From: Amphiscolops sp. MND2022
Taxonomy: Eukaryota
Direction: 5' to 3'
DNA length: 64,000 nucleotides
Assembly: GCA_964187785.1 (NCBI GenBank)
Contig: OZ076410.1
Span: 51,274,001 to 51,338,000, forward strand
Positions 11,413-23,736 of this stretch are shown here, in pieces. How positions within the stretch are numbered: the first letter of the stretch is position 1; every line of letters starts with the position of its first letter. The position numbers were made by a program, and so were the translations under genes. The notes under the pieces are model-generated. The model made no database searches. It saw nothing but the letters and a program-made list of their open reading frames with translations, and had not been told where the DNA came from.

Positions 11413-14400
11413 TTACTTTGACAAATTAGAGCCACTTTGGGACTTGGATACACTCCTCGGGCCAACACGTCCTCTACCACGCTGACCAGAAGTGACAACA
11501 CGTCCCGAAGAAGAACCACCAGCTCCAAAAATTGGTGTCACAAATGCTCCTCCATCATCTTTCACAGCTTGAGGTTTAGTACCGGACTTGGCAGACACAA
11601 CGGATGACGTAGCAACAGATGATTAGGTTGTCCCAAATTTAACAATTTGGGGAGCGACGAAAACCTGACGATTTGTGGTATAAGCTGCTTTATAATGTGA
11701 CTCAGCACTCTCCACCTGATCCTGCAAATAAGAAGTGTATGCAGCATCCAATCGACGAAACAAACCAGCGAAATCTGCAGTGTACACACCATCCCAAAGA
11801 TTAAAATCTATGAAAATCTTTCTCTATGAAAGCATCAGCACCGCCCAATGACTGTCGAACCATATCAATAGTCGTCGAAGCGAAAAACGACGACTGGTCG
11901 TAGCTAGCAGAACTAACAAAAGACTGCACACTTCTCAAACATGATATCAGCAACCCAGGACGAATGACACACTCGCTAAAGTCGAAATCAATAGAGGCTG
12001 GGACGACATCTTGGTTTTCAACAAATAAACAGCACAACTGAAACACCCGCATAAGGCAATGGCGAGACTGAAAAGCAAATTGACGCATCAGATACGTCAC
12101 TACATTTTTGACATCACTGGAAACAGTCCCTCCAGACACATGCCACTGCCGAGCTTCCTCCACATAAAGCAAGAACTCAGACTTGCTCTCAGCAACTTTC
12201 CTTGACGATAACAATCCGCAGCGACCAAGACAGCCCACAAGTTTCGCAAATAAATCAAATACGACGACGTCATCTCCGTCAAGTAATAATTCTGGGCAAA
12301 AGCAATATAAGCCCTGAGAAACTGGTGACGAACAAAAAACAGTTTGATGAACCTTGTCCACGAGACGTTCCAGAAAACGACGACACTCCAGACGGAACTC
12401 TCGTCACCACTCATTTTGGCTGTCAATAGAACCTCCCAAAAGGCTGATTAACTAAGAACAGGTCGTCAGCAAAAGGGCTCATCTTCTTCACTGGTTCTGC
12501 TGTCGTATACCCTTCCCACTGATGGATATTAAGTAAACAACCAAGGGCCCGAGTCTTTACCAGCAGACAAAAAACAAAGTGACACAGCTCACTCAACAAT
12601 GAAACCCACAGTCGTCACGTCGCTGTGCCATTTTCTTGAAATTCAGGTGAACAAAAACACAACAGCTTCAACCAAACATACCAAACCACAAACCACAAGA
12701 GCAGAAAGAACAACAGAGAAGAGGACAATTGGAATCAGTCCACATAAGAACGCAGGAAGTTGCCAAACACAAATAAGCAGAAACAGCCACAATTACAATC
12801 ATGAAGAGACACACATACTTACATAACTCTAGGACCACCTGTCGGAGTCCAAGTCTAAGAGGAATTAGCTTATCGGCAAAGATCAGCCAACCAGTTCCTC
12901 TTGTCTAAAGCAGACATACATAATAAATGCAACGCAGAACAAGATGTCACAAACGGGTATAACAAAAAACGAACGTCAAAATTACGTCAACACAATACTC
13001 ACATCGTCCTTTTTGACCTTAATATGCGCCGGACCGGTATAACGAACAAAATGCTGAATGGGCTGCCACAGAGACACGAGATCTTCAACCACAGCAGGTA
13101 TATCCTCAAAGTGCATACGTCCCCGCGGACACAGCGGGGAGAATAACATGACCAAAAAGCCATTCCTCGTGGAGAGCAGTACGCAAACGTGACATCAGAT
13201 AATCAACCACTGTCACAATGTCTATCATACCAAAGATGTCCTGGTGAGCCTGTTGAATACACTTCATCAAAACAACAGGTGAAAAAAAGGGTCGGTAGGG
13301 CACAATCGTCATCCCATCGTCTCGAACAGCATTCAAACAATGACGAAGTGCTACCGACAACCGCCACTGGGAATTTCGAATCACCCACACTACTGGCGAT
13401 GCGACACAAGCATGACAGCTCAGCACGCGGCTGTCGGGCTTGAAGGTCCTTCCCCAAGAACACACACTCGCTTCAGGCGCAACTCATTCCACGTCCGCAC
13501 ATAGCAATAAACAACATCGCCCTGCTCTTTGAACTCCACACCATAATGCTTCAAGCACCCAACTGCAGAAAACACAGAACGAAGAACGCGCGGATACATT
13601 GCGTCACAGATGAGAGCCTACGAATACCAACACACCCAACAAAATACGCGTAAACTACCAGTCTTTCACAAAAAAAAGGAGAAACGGGATTCCTATCCCA
13701 CATAAAGGAAGACTTACCAAAGTATCAGGCTTGCTCCAAACGATGTGGTAAACAGGGTCGGACTCAGATAAAGCAGCTCGGAAGAAACCCACAAACGACG
13801 CAACATTGTATAGCTGCCTCCTCCTCGTAGAACTTCCGTCAAGCAACTAACCATAGTCAGAAGCGGCACCTTTGACGTAACCTGGCTTTGCTTCGACAAC
13901 TTATTTCCGGAAAATAGATAGCCGGCCGTTTTTTCTTTAGAAGGACGACTTCGGTAATCAGCCAATTGAGCATCAGTGAGAGTACTAGCTTGACGAAACT
14001 GATTGTAAACTGGCAACGTTTGTGGACGCGATAGGTTATGTCACGCTCCCAATGACGATCCGAAGCAAAATGACGGTTAATCTCTCACGACCCACGGCTC
14101 TCTATGGAAACATCTCGTTCACACATGGTACAAAAGAAGCTAGTCGACTTTCGGTTCTTGGACCCAGAGACAAACTCAGACAAAATGTCGTTGCCAGCAA
14201 CCATGTCCTTGCGAAGATGGCTACGAGAATTATACTTCCTTTTCTTCTTGGGCGTAGCAACCAAATACTCCAGTGAGTCACCAATTTCAGCAGCAACATC
14301 AGCAAGTCCTGAAAAACAAACCTCTGTCCGAACCCCTTCCCCAAATAGCCTTACGTTCAACAAATACACTACACAACTTTACCCTTTCTACAAAATGGAC

Positions 14401-15385
14401 ATACAACATAGAAACCAACCTGAAACTAACGGATCCACGGCAGTTGATTCAACCTCCGAGGCAATATGGCGACACAAACTCATCACTTGTGCGAACGTCA
14501 TCTCCACGGGCGTCCCACCAAGGAAATCACAGCGGTCAGCACACATAAAACACATAAAACAAAAAAAAACAATGAAGCTGACGGGACTGACTTCCCAACT
14601 TACCATCAAAACGCTTCCGAATGGCCTCATCTGTCAATGAAGTCGACAGCGACGACACGCGAGAACGTCCTGGGGGAGTTTCCAAAAAAACAACGCAACG
14701 TCATTGTCATCGTCATCGATTTCAGTACCACTAGACTGACAAGAGGCAAGTACGGTTGACAAACCCATAAACACTCTTAGTACTAAAACCCGGAAAAACG
14801 TCAACAAAAGAAAAATCAAAAACGAAAACCAAAACGAGCCTAATTTCAAACCAAAAAAATTTACTACGTCTAGTCTTGCGTGTTTTGACAGTAGCGGTAG
14901 AGAATTTCAATTTGTCCTGGATAGTAACTTCCACGGAACCCTCCTTTGTGTCCAGCAAGTTTCTCTCCTTCCTCTTCCTCAGTTGCCTCTGGCGGAAGTC
15001 TGAATCTCCTGGGTGGGATAACTCCTCGCGGGACCGAGTAAATTCTTTCATTCCAGGTCTAGCGGAGTAGCGTCGAGGGAGTTGCGTGGGGAGGAGCAAG
15101 AGGTTGGCGCAGAGACCACAGCAGGGACTGGAAAGAAAGAATTGAAAAGTCAAAATCGACTACCTAGTCAACAGGTATGAGTATTTGACCTGATCAATCA
15201 AGCAAAATACGATGTTAGGGCTAGATGGAATTCTCAAAATAGAACTAACCAGGGCGAAAAGGCAAATCGGTTTTTCCCCCCTCACTAAGGAAAATATCGC
15301 CGTCAGAGGAACGGTATTGAGTTTCTTCTCCACTAGCCACATCGTGCTGCACGGGCATAAAAGAAGCAGACTGCTCCTCAGACAT
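11413..15385 (-). pseudogene. Antisense multi-exon accessory gene: BED/C2H2 finger plus hAT-transposase-like protein
   Basis: ATG at 15385. Frame-consistent introns: 15128-15249 (GTTAGT..CAG), 14309-14419 (GTTGGT..CAG), 13618-13717 (GTAAGT..TAG), 12905-13002 (GTGAGT..TAG). Further GTAAGT donors at 14603 and 12822. Finger CTMC-x16-H-x5-H at about 14050-14135. hAT-like blocks. Stop codon at 11413. Confidence 0.75.
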
Positions 15386-15624
15386 TCGGACAGAACGAAA
15401 ACTCTGAAAAGAAATCAACAGATACTAAACAGTATGAAAAGCAAGCCAACGTCAAGCTCACGTCAAACAAACTGGAAATTATCAATAAAACAAAAAGAAG
15501 GAAAATGCAAAGAAACAGCCAATCAAATTCGAGGATTAGCCCTGAAGAAACGGAGACAGTTACACTTTTCAATATGCGACCAAACAAATCCTGGTACAGC
15601 ACCTACTCTTAACACTAAATAACA

Positions 15625-16402
15625 ATGGAAAATATAGAACTAATTAACCTGATTTCCCCATGCAAATCTGAATCCAACATTTAGAACTAATTAGTTCTAT
15701 GGAACCCAAATTATAGAACTAATTAATCTGATTTCCTCATGCAAATCTGAATCCAACATACAAACTACAGCTATTCCCGTGCCTAAAACAAAAGGAACAA
15801 GAAGGAAGCAAACAATAAACCTATCTTCTACCTCCCTCGACGTGGAAATCAGCGATGATGACGAGCTTGACTCGTCAATAGAAACAGTACAAGAAACCTA
15901 CAAGAGAATGAAACTAGAAAGCGATTAGAACAGCTTCATATCCCTACTGTCAGAAGAAGGCTACCCCCCATCAAATATTGAAAGTCCCTCTACTCAATCA
16001 GGATTCATAGTAGAAGGACAGGAATTAATTCATCGGATTACTACGAAGAGGGAAGCGTAAAAGACACTGGCCTGACAGCGGCAGAAGACTCCAACAAAGA
16101 GCCACTCACCTTATTTCATCACTCCACCGGGGCCACTGAAACAAGTAGATGTAAAAAAAACCAACTCACTAAACGACCTGATTAGCCCACAAGTGTCATT
16201 ATCGTCACGACGATCAGAGAGAGAGGCAGTTTACCAAGTGTACAAGCAGACGTCACCCGCTCGTCAGCCATTTATGAGACAGTTTCAACCCATGACAGTG
16301 GCCCTGTCACAGTCAGTTCCAGAACTGGCATATTCTTGCCGAAGAATACAGTTTGGGAGAGGACATGGTTGTCTAATGTTAGCTAAGTACTGTTGGTATT
16401 AA
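15625..16402 (+). pseudogene. Sense accessory ORF (acidic, unknown function), family 2
   Basis: MENIELINL...DDDELDSSIETVQETYKRMKL...SGFIVEG...TVALSQSVP. Homologous to 679-1431. Confidence 0.55.
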
Positions 16403-16562
16403 AACGATATTAACTTAATAGCAATAGAATAGACTGTGACCAAAGAAAAACACATTCATGGGGAGAAAACTAAACGGCTTACTAAAGGAAACTATTATTC
16501 TACCATACTGATAAAATGGCCCTTTTCAACAGCTACGGACTACCGCACGTCGCAAAATTTTT

Positions 16563-18440
16563 TGTTAAGAAATGAAACCCAAAGAACAATACTAAAATTG
16601 CCTTAGCGAGTTTTTGCATAAATGGAATTTAATCCCAGTGGACTTTCTATTCAATCATCTCTTTGAGAATAGATATGCGACTTGAAGTTTCAGTGGCTTT
16701 GTTAACAATAAAACACTTATTGAATATCGTCAAATAAACTACAAAGATGCCGTAATTCATTAAGACGTTTTCACCAACGCGCTTATCCTGCAAATTACCC
16801 GCAATTAACACACTAAGTGAATAAGTAGTCCAATCAACTTACAGTACTGATCAATGAAAAACGTCGCGTTTACGTCACTCACTCAATAAGAATGAAAGAA
16901 TAGCTAACGTCACGCTCGTGATGCTCACTTAATAAGAATGGAATAACAGCCTACGTCACAACTACGTCACTATTGTACTAGTCAGAATACAACATGCCAC
17001 GTCAACGCTACTTACTTCAAATGTAATCGTATTTCTTAACAGGTCTCATCAAGGATGCGCTCATGTAATTTCTTATAGGTAACTAGCCATTTCCTAAGAC
17101 ATTTCGAAATGCTCTAATGTAATTCCGAAAGATTTGATATATGATACTCGTATAATGCTCAAGGTTACAGTTATTTGATAATTAATACTAGATAACTCAA
17201 AACCCGCCATATTCTAATGATTCAGAAACCTAATCGTCGCTTTGAAGTTTAATTGATGTTGAATTTATGTTGTGTTGGATTTGTTAATCGTTCCATTGAA
17301 CTTATTTTTTGAGAAAGTGACCCGATACGGTAAAACGTCTCATTAACGTTGCTATGTCAGTGAAGCAGTTTAAATTAAACCGCACGTTATGCATGCGTCA
17401 GCAAAGTGTTGTTTTCCTGTAATTTCCATAACCTTGATCATCGATCAGTGTATCAAAGTGAAAATCGCCTTGTCGAAAACGAAACCTTCATTTTCTCCTA
17501 GTTTCAAACCAAGGGCAATTAGACGATAAAAAATCCTCCATCAATTTTATGAATACTTTTTTTCCACTAAATTTGACTATTTTGTTCACGCAACTTCAGC
17601 GGTTCTGAATCTCCCTACATTTCACGGTTAAGTTGGGTTGTTTCGGTGATAATGAAAAATCAAAATGAATCACATTTCCGGTTTAGCTACTTTTCCGCGA
17701 AATATTATCACTTTTAAGGAACTTCCCGCATCCATGACTAGAAATTTGTCGCGATCATGATGCTACTTGTGAAATGGTTTGAGATTGTTCTTACTTTTCC
17801 CGGAAATGACGAATGTTGGGCGTTCCATCGGAACGCCTGCATGAACGAATGACGCAAGGGTATTTATACGTAAGAAAACGAGGAGAATTTCTCGTAATTT
17901 TCATTATCAAATCTTGTTTAAAGTTTGTTCTAGCCTTTGTATTCCTGTAAACTGGATTTCTTGAAGATTGTAATTGCAATTCTCAAAAGAATCATTTTGT
18001 TATTTAATTCTTGTTCAACAAAATTTCTCGAAAGTTCTCGAGAACTTGTGTCTACCAGAAGCCAGAAAGGAAAGCTGTAAGTCAAGAAGAAGAGGAACCG
18101 GAGTGTACGGATCAAAATCCCCCGAAAGTTTTCAGTACTGAGTTTAGGACATTTGTTGATAACGTCCCTTCCACGTCAACTGATGAAAATGTAACCCAAA
18201 ACTTCAGTGAGTTTGAGAATCTAAAATCCACCCTAAGAAAAGAGATTACTGAGGAACTAAAAGCTCTGTTCGCTCAGTCTTGGAAAGCAACCATACGAGC
18301 AATTAGACAGGCAAATAGAAACGATACTGAAATGATCAACTTAGACCCAGAGATCACTCCAGTTAGAATACGCTCTTCACTCAACAAGACCATACGCTCT
18401 AACAACGTCGAAAATCTTGAACCCGGTTGTCCTCGTAACA
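16563..18440 (+). repeat. 3' LTR, family 2 (contains a gag N-terminal ORF at about 18050-18440)
   Basis: Starts TGTTAAGA, ends CTCGTAACA. Colinear with 4679-6505 but with many substitutions and indels. Confidence 0.85.
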
Positions 18441-19589
18441 ATCTGAATTACCCTAACTTTTGTTTACATTCGATTCTTCCGTGTGTTGGCAAGGAGGGCT
18501 CAAAACGTCGTCTGCCGACACAAATTGCAAGTCTCAGGTGTTACCTGCTTGCTATAGCTGTGGTCATCAGCTACACTTGTCGAAAAAACTCTATCATTTT
18601 TGAGTGATTTGTTAAATATTCTTGCTTCAAGAAGACTTCCATTGCCGAATTTGATGTTCTGGATGTCTCTTCTATCTGCCACCAGCGCATCCCAGCACAT
18701 ACAGCAATCGTCTCAGTCCTGTTCCCAGCTACGCAGTTTTGTTTGTTGTAACATGGAGGTTAGGCCCGTCACGAATTTTCATGATTGCTGAAACTGTAAG
18801 CTCTGCTTCACACTTCAGAGTCTGTGTTTCTCAAAACATGAGACTCTGTGCTTTTCAAGACATCCGCGTCTAGTAATAGCTGGACATCAGCGAACTTTTT
18901 TGTACCCTCGAAAAACTGCCAAACGCGTTTTTTTAGTACAGACGTTGTTGAGACGTCCAAAGTTGCATTTTTTTCATAAATTTTTTCAAGTTTTGGAGCT
19001 TTTTGAGCAGCTTGTTTTTGAATTTGTTGTTGGGTGCTAATTTTTTGAAGTTTTTTTTCTTTTGACCTGGGTGAAAGGGCGATAAATCGAAGTTCGATTT
19101 CCCGCTACTTGTTTGATATTCTGCCTCATAAGAATACTGATGCAAAGAGAATGTAGCTTCTTTTGAGACAATTTGAGAAAAAACGGATTGAGAGAAATTG
19201 CAAAAACGTAGTTTTTTGCAGAACACATTGCAAAACACAGAGTTTTTAACCAGGAGAACAAAAATTCAATGTAGTAGGGGTTGAACAAATTCAATTCGGT
19301 TATCATTACGCAATTCAAAGATATTTGTGAAATTTCAAGAATATCATCCTGTTTAGTGCATGCAATGTGTTGGAAATCTTGTAGATTTTTTTCTGAGAAC
19401 GCTTTTTACATGTAGACACACAGCGTCGAAATTCACAGCCTCGAAAATAAGTTTTTGGTCCCACAGGGTCGAAAGCAAATTTCTGGCTGAATAACCAGTC
19501 AAAACTTTTTGCATTGAGCTAATCACATTACAAAAAAATGATAACAGCACAACCGGCGAAATAATTACGATATTGTAATCAGCCATGCT

Positions 19590-19810
19590 CACATACCCCT
19601 AGTTTCCTGAAAGCAGGAGCGAAGCGACCTGTCATATGGCTATGCCTCAATGTTGCTACTTGGCGAAGGAAGCAAAGCGACCGAGCCATACAACAAATAG
19701 GCTACATTATTTATTGTGTTAAACAATTTATATTCGACGCTGTTGAACAAAATATTTAATTTCGACGCTGTGTGAACGATTCTTCATTTTCGACGCTGTT
19801 GATACGAACA
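19590..19810. mobile_element. End of a non-autonomous repeat (possibly Helentron/HINE-like)
   Basis: CCCCTAGT..CCTG-AAAG-CAGG-AGCGAAGCGAC plus AATGTTGCTACTTGG...GAGCCATACAACA and repeated TTCGACGC. Related copies near 41740, 43050 (minus), 43865 and 44690. Confidence 0.45.
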
Positions 19811-22669
19811 TTTGGTAATTCTAGTCTCTGAAATTTCGCGCTTTTGTTTCCCAGAAAGATATTCGGTTACGGATATCAAAACGCGCCTATCCCTTCCCGA
19901 GTTTTGTAAAGCCGTACTTTTAGCCTACTCTAATGACCACACTTGTACATAAGTATCATGATGATTACCATATGAGATGTCCTGACCTGTTCTTTCCAAT
20001 ACTCTCAAATTTGTTGTCATTTTCAGCCCCAATATAAGCCAAGCGCTCACAGCGAATCTGGTTATCCAAGTGCCAGTGGCAAAGCATTTCTCCAGGAACA
20101 CTGCAACGTTTTGACTAATAAAGATGCGCCGACCGTCTGCCAGAGTTAGTTTTTTTATATTGTAGTATGATTTAAAAAAATCTTATTTTGGTTTATGATT
20201 TGATTAAGTTTTGAGTAATGCTTACAGTTCATCAACCATTATCTGAACATATGACTAATAGGGAGAAAATCCGAATGTATTTTATTTGACTACGTTGATA
20301 CAGGAGACGCGGAAGTTGAGACCGATGATGAAGAAAGTATTCTTCAGAAACACAATTTGACCAAAAGGGATCAAACAAGCCTTCTTAACGATCCGACTGT
20401 CTGCCCAATTAGTTCTTTCAAATGATTACGTGAGAAGTTTCATGGATATCCAAGTTTTTGATATCCCATACAAAATTGACAAAAAAAACAAAATCCGATT
20501 GTACTTTTTGACTACATTACTGTGACTAATGTTCCAACCAGGAAATTGTTTCAAAACTGAATAATTAAAAACCAAGTTCGAGTTTAGCAATGGTTTCACT
20601 TGGTGTTTCCGCCAAGAATTCGATTGGCTTCGGCGTCCATGTAATCAAACATCATCAGCTCTATGGCAGTTTTTCCAAGTTTGTACACATTAGCTCGACC
20701 AGTTTCATGATGCAAGTTGGGTTGGTCTTTCCACCATCGAAGGCAATTGAGTAATTTTCCAATCGTGGAAGGCATGCACCTTATGTCATCGTTGTGGATT
20801 GGGCATATTTATGAGGTTGCATCAAAAGTTCCTCTTATACATTTGCGTGGTAGTCAAAAACAACGTCATCCTTGTTAAATGTTTTGGTCGCAATTATTTC
20901 TTGACACATGGTAGGATAGACAACATGGGACACCCCGGGGACAGAATTGGTTTTCGCATCTATGTTTTATTTCACCTTGGAAGTGAGGGGTATTGCAAAG
21001 TCTAACTTTGTCGAGATTTTGATACCTCAGACATTTTAGAAGAAGCATCAATGTCCCTTTTACATCGGTGATGTGTGGCCAGTTGAGCAAGTTAGCAAAA
21101 TCGACTATCCTGTATACTTCTTTCGCAGGGTCAGTTAATGTTGTAGGGTAGTGGTTCTTGAATTCGGCCGCCCTAATGTCTGCTCTTTGATGCCTAAGTG
21201 CTCGAACTCTATTTCTGACTACTTTCATGACCGTTCTGTCATCGTAGTCCGCTGGGCTTCAAATGTTTTCGAGTTCCATCATCATGTAAAGTTCAGATCA
21301 ATTTTGTTTCTTCTACTGAACATTTTCAAAGTGTCATGAGTTCGACAATTCTTTCCAATCTGTCCTGTTCACATTCGGCTGGGTTTTTTGTCAAGTCAGA
21401 AAACTAGAATACGCAGATAAATAATGAAATAAGCCAAAACTGCGAATACATGCGGTAAATTTTTTTAGTATTTCAACTTGTGACCATTGTTTATGGTCAG
21501 GCGTCCGCAAAAAATAAAAGGAAGTAATTTTTACATTTTCCAACTGCTAAATGAATTATACCAATTATGTGAAACATAAAGTCCATTATTCAAACATTGC
21601 AATTAATTCATTTCAAAAATAAAAAATGTTTTATTTACTAGGGGGCAATTTCTAGTAGTTTGTTCTTGATAAAAAGAGATAAACTGTAGTTTCGATGCAG
21701 CTCTGAGCCATAGCCACGCCATTACGTAACGTTTCGTTACTGAAAATGATTAATAATATCCTAGAAAATTGCTTTAAATTTGAATGAAAAGATATGATTT
21801 TGACTAAAATAAACAAATATAAAAATGGTTTTCAACGGCATCATTAGAAATTCAATAATGGATTTTTTAGACATTAAACAACCACTACTGGAAACCCATC
21901 AGTGGACTTTAATTTCCCTAACATTTCGAGGTTTCCTGCTTATGGTTACTGTCGACCTTATCGAAGTAAGTCAAGTTTTTAAGTTTTTATCAAACATTGT
22001 TTGTTTAGTACATGTTCCATTCGATTTCTCACTTACCGCACTTTGAATTGTTTTCGCCGCTGTTGACAAAGAATGGCTCCGTTATGACGTTGTATGGTGG
22101 TATCCTTTTACTAGTGACTGCATAAATTTTTTTATCTGGTCGATGCTTTCAGGTTTTATAAAGTACGGTCGTAGAGCTTCAAAACATACTAACATTGTTT
22201 CTCCAACAATGCGAGGAATTCTTAAGCTGACCGAGTACCCAACTTCATTGTCAATTTGCAAAACTAACAAGTCACTTGCGTTAGACTTTCTGTTGCGGTG
22301 AATTTGAGGGATCATTTAGAAAACGGCATGCGTTGTGTTGCTCAGACTTCTTTGCGATCTTTACACTTCGTATTAGAAAATTCCAGCAAATAAGCAATGA
22401 GGTCTCAAACAAAATGGTTTTAACAACGCTGGTTAGAGATTTTGCGAAGTTGAATTGCTTCCTTCATTATCTCACACAGATCTGACAGAAGACGCGCTTC
22501 AACAATTTTGCATAATGTTAGGTGCACTGAAGTTATTTCGCGCAAATTTTCAAATAATTCTTGGGAGCACATCGTTGACTTTTTGGGCCATCGTTTTTTA
22601 TTAGGTTTCCACTTTTTCGCTATCTCTTACTGACGCCATTTATGGTTGTCACAATCTCACTGTACGAAC

Positions 22670-22849
22670 GGCTCAGTTGGCTTGCCAAGATGTCATTAGA
22701 ACAGCGGCTCAGTTGACTTGCCACGATATCACTGGAAGTACGACTATGTTGACTTGCGACGATGCCACAGGAAGTACGGGTCAGTTAAGTTGCCGTACTG
22801 TCAATCTAAGTGTGGCTCAGTTGATTTGCAGTGTTCATTAACAGCGGGG
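22670..22849. repeat. Degenerate 36-bp tandem repeat, 5 units
   Basis: Units of the form GGCTCAGTTGACTTGCCACGAT... at 36-bp spacing. On the minus strand they read as 12-aa repeats (SQLSRCSNDILA). Confidence 0.75.
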
Positions 22850-23736
22850 TTATTTGATTTGCAGCAAGGTGAGCTTGTACCAGAATCGAGAAGTCTGAAG
22901 GGTTTTCTGCATAATTCACGTCCTCTATAATGGAGATATGTGAAACTATCCTTTGTTCAACTTGAGTGTAACTTGGCCAACTTATAGACGACACACTGGG
23001 TGATCCAAATAACTGTTGTGCGGACCTAGACTGATCCAAGGGAGTACCAGGGGTCTTTTCCAAGGGAGTATTTATGTATTATGCGAAGTTGCTTCCATTT
23101 GAAACTAAACGGAGTCAAAATTTTTTCAACCTTTCGTTTAGAGCAACTGAGTTTCTGACAGACAGCTTTTTGTCAATTTGAGAAGAAATCACCGTTATGT
23201 CAAATGAGACTGTTTTCTAGCCAATGTTTGGATTGAAGGGTGAAAGTTCAATCCGCGCCATGATCGATCAAACTTCGAACCAATTTAAAGACGCTTTATC
23301 AATCGACTGTGGTGTTTTATTATTAATAATAAAGTGTAATCTTCAAAATTTAATGAACATACATTGTTATTATTTATTTCCGATAATGTTTTAAAGAATA
23401 ATGTAGTTATTGAAAAAGTAGTGCATAACAATGTTCATAGATTTGCGGATGTGCTACTTAGATTTGAATACAGATGAACTCATTTAAGTACGGTTTTCAA
23501 ATCAACTGTGAAATTAATTTCTTACTGACGTGCAAATCTTCGTTTTTTGGTTCAAAATAAAGGATCAATCTGAAGTATGAAATAGTTTAAGCTATTTGGC
23601 ATAACAGGAATTGAAGTGTTGCCCATCTTAAACCGAGTTTGCAAAGAATGACCAATGTGTTTCAAAGTTTGAAAACGCCCATGCGTTTCCGAAATGGCGT
23701 TAACTTGATGATCTGTCCAGATACATGAAATGGAAA

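Larger units (their letters stand above)
4679..18440 (+). mobile_element. Ty3/Gypsy LTR retrotransposon, family 2, degenerate (about 13.8 kb)
   Basis: Long direct repeats at both ends, PBS, gag zinc knuckle, and PR-RT-RH-IN in Gypsy order. Many stops and frameshifts. Confidence 0.92.

Noticed and set aside
14537-14603. Apparent GT-TG intron (GTAAGT...GTGTGCTG|AC), which is frame-preserving
   Set aside because: It is a single case in a decayed copy, so AG-to-TG mutation is simpler. A similar site at 12561 is crossed by an open coding frame and is not a real acceptor.
11413-15385. Simple nested hAT DNA transposon
   Set aside because: I found no TIRs or 8-bp TSD by eye, and the homologous exon sits at the same place in family 1. 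This is not excluded until other copies are compared.
1541-18445. Target-site duplications for families 1 and 2
   Set aside because: Flanks do not match. Family 1's 5' end is outside the window, and family 2's left LTR is preceded by internal sequence.
22670-22849. CRISPR-like 36-bp periodicity
   Set aside because: There are no unique spacers, the units are contiguous and degenerate, the context is eukaryotic, and no cas genes are present.
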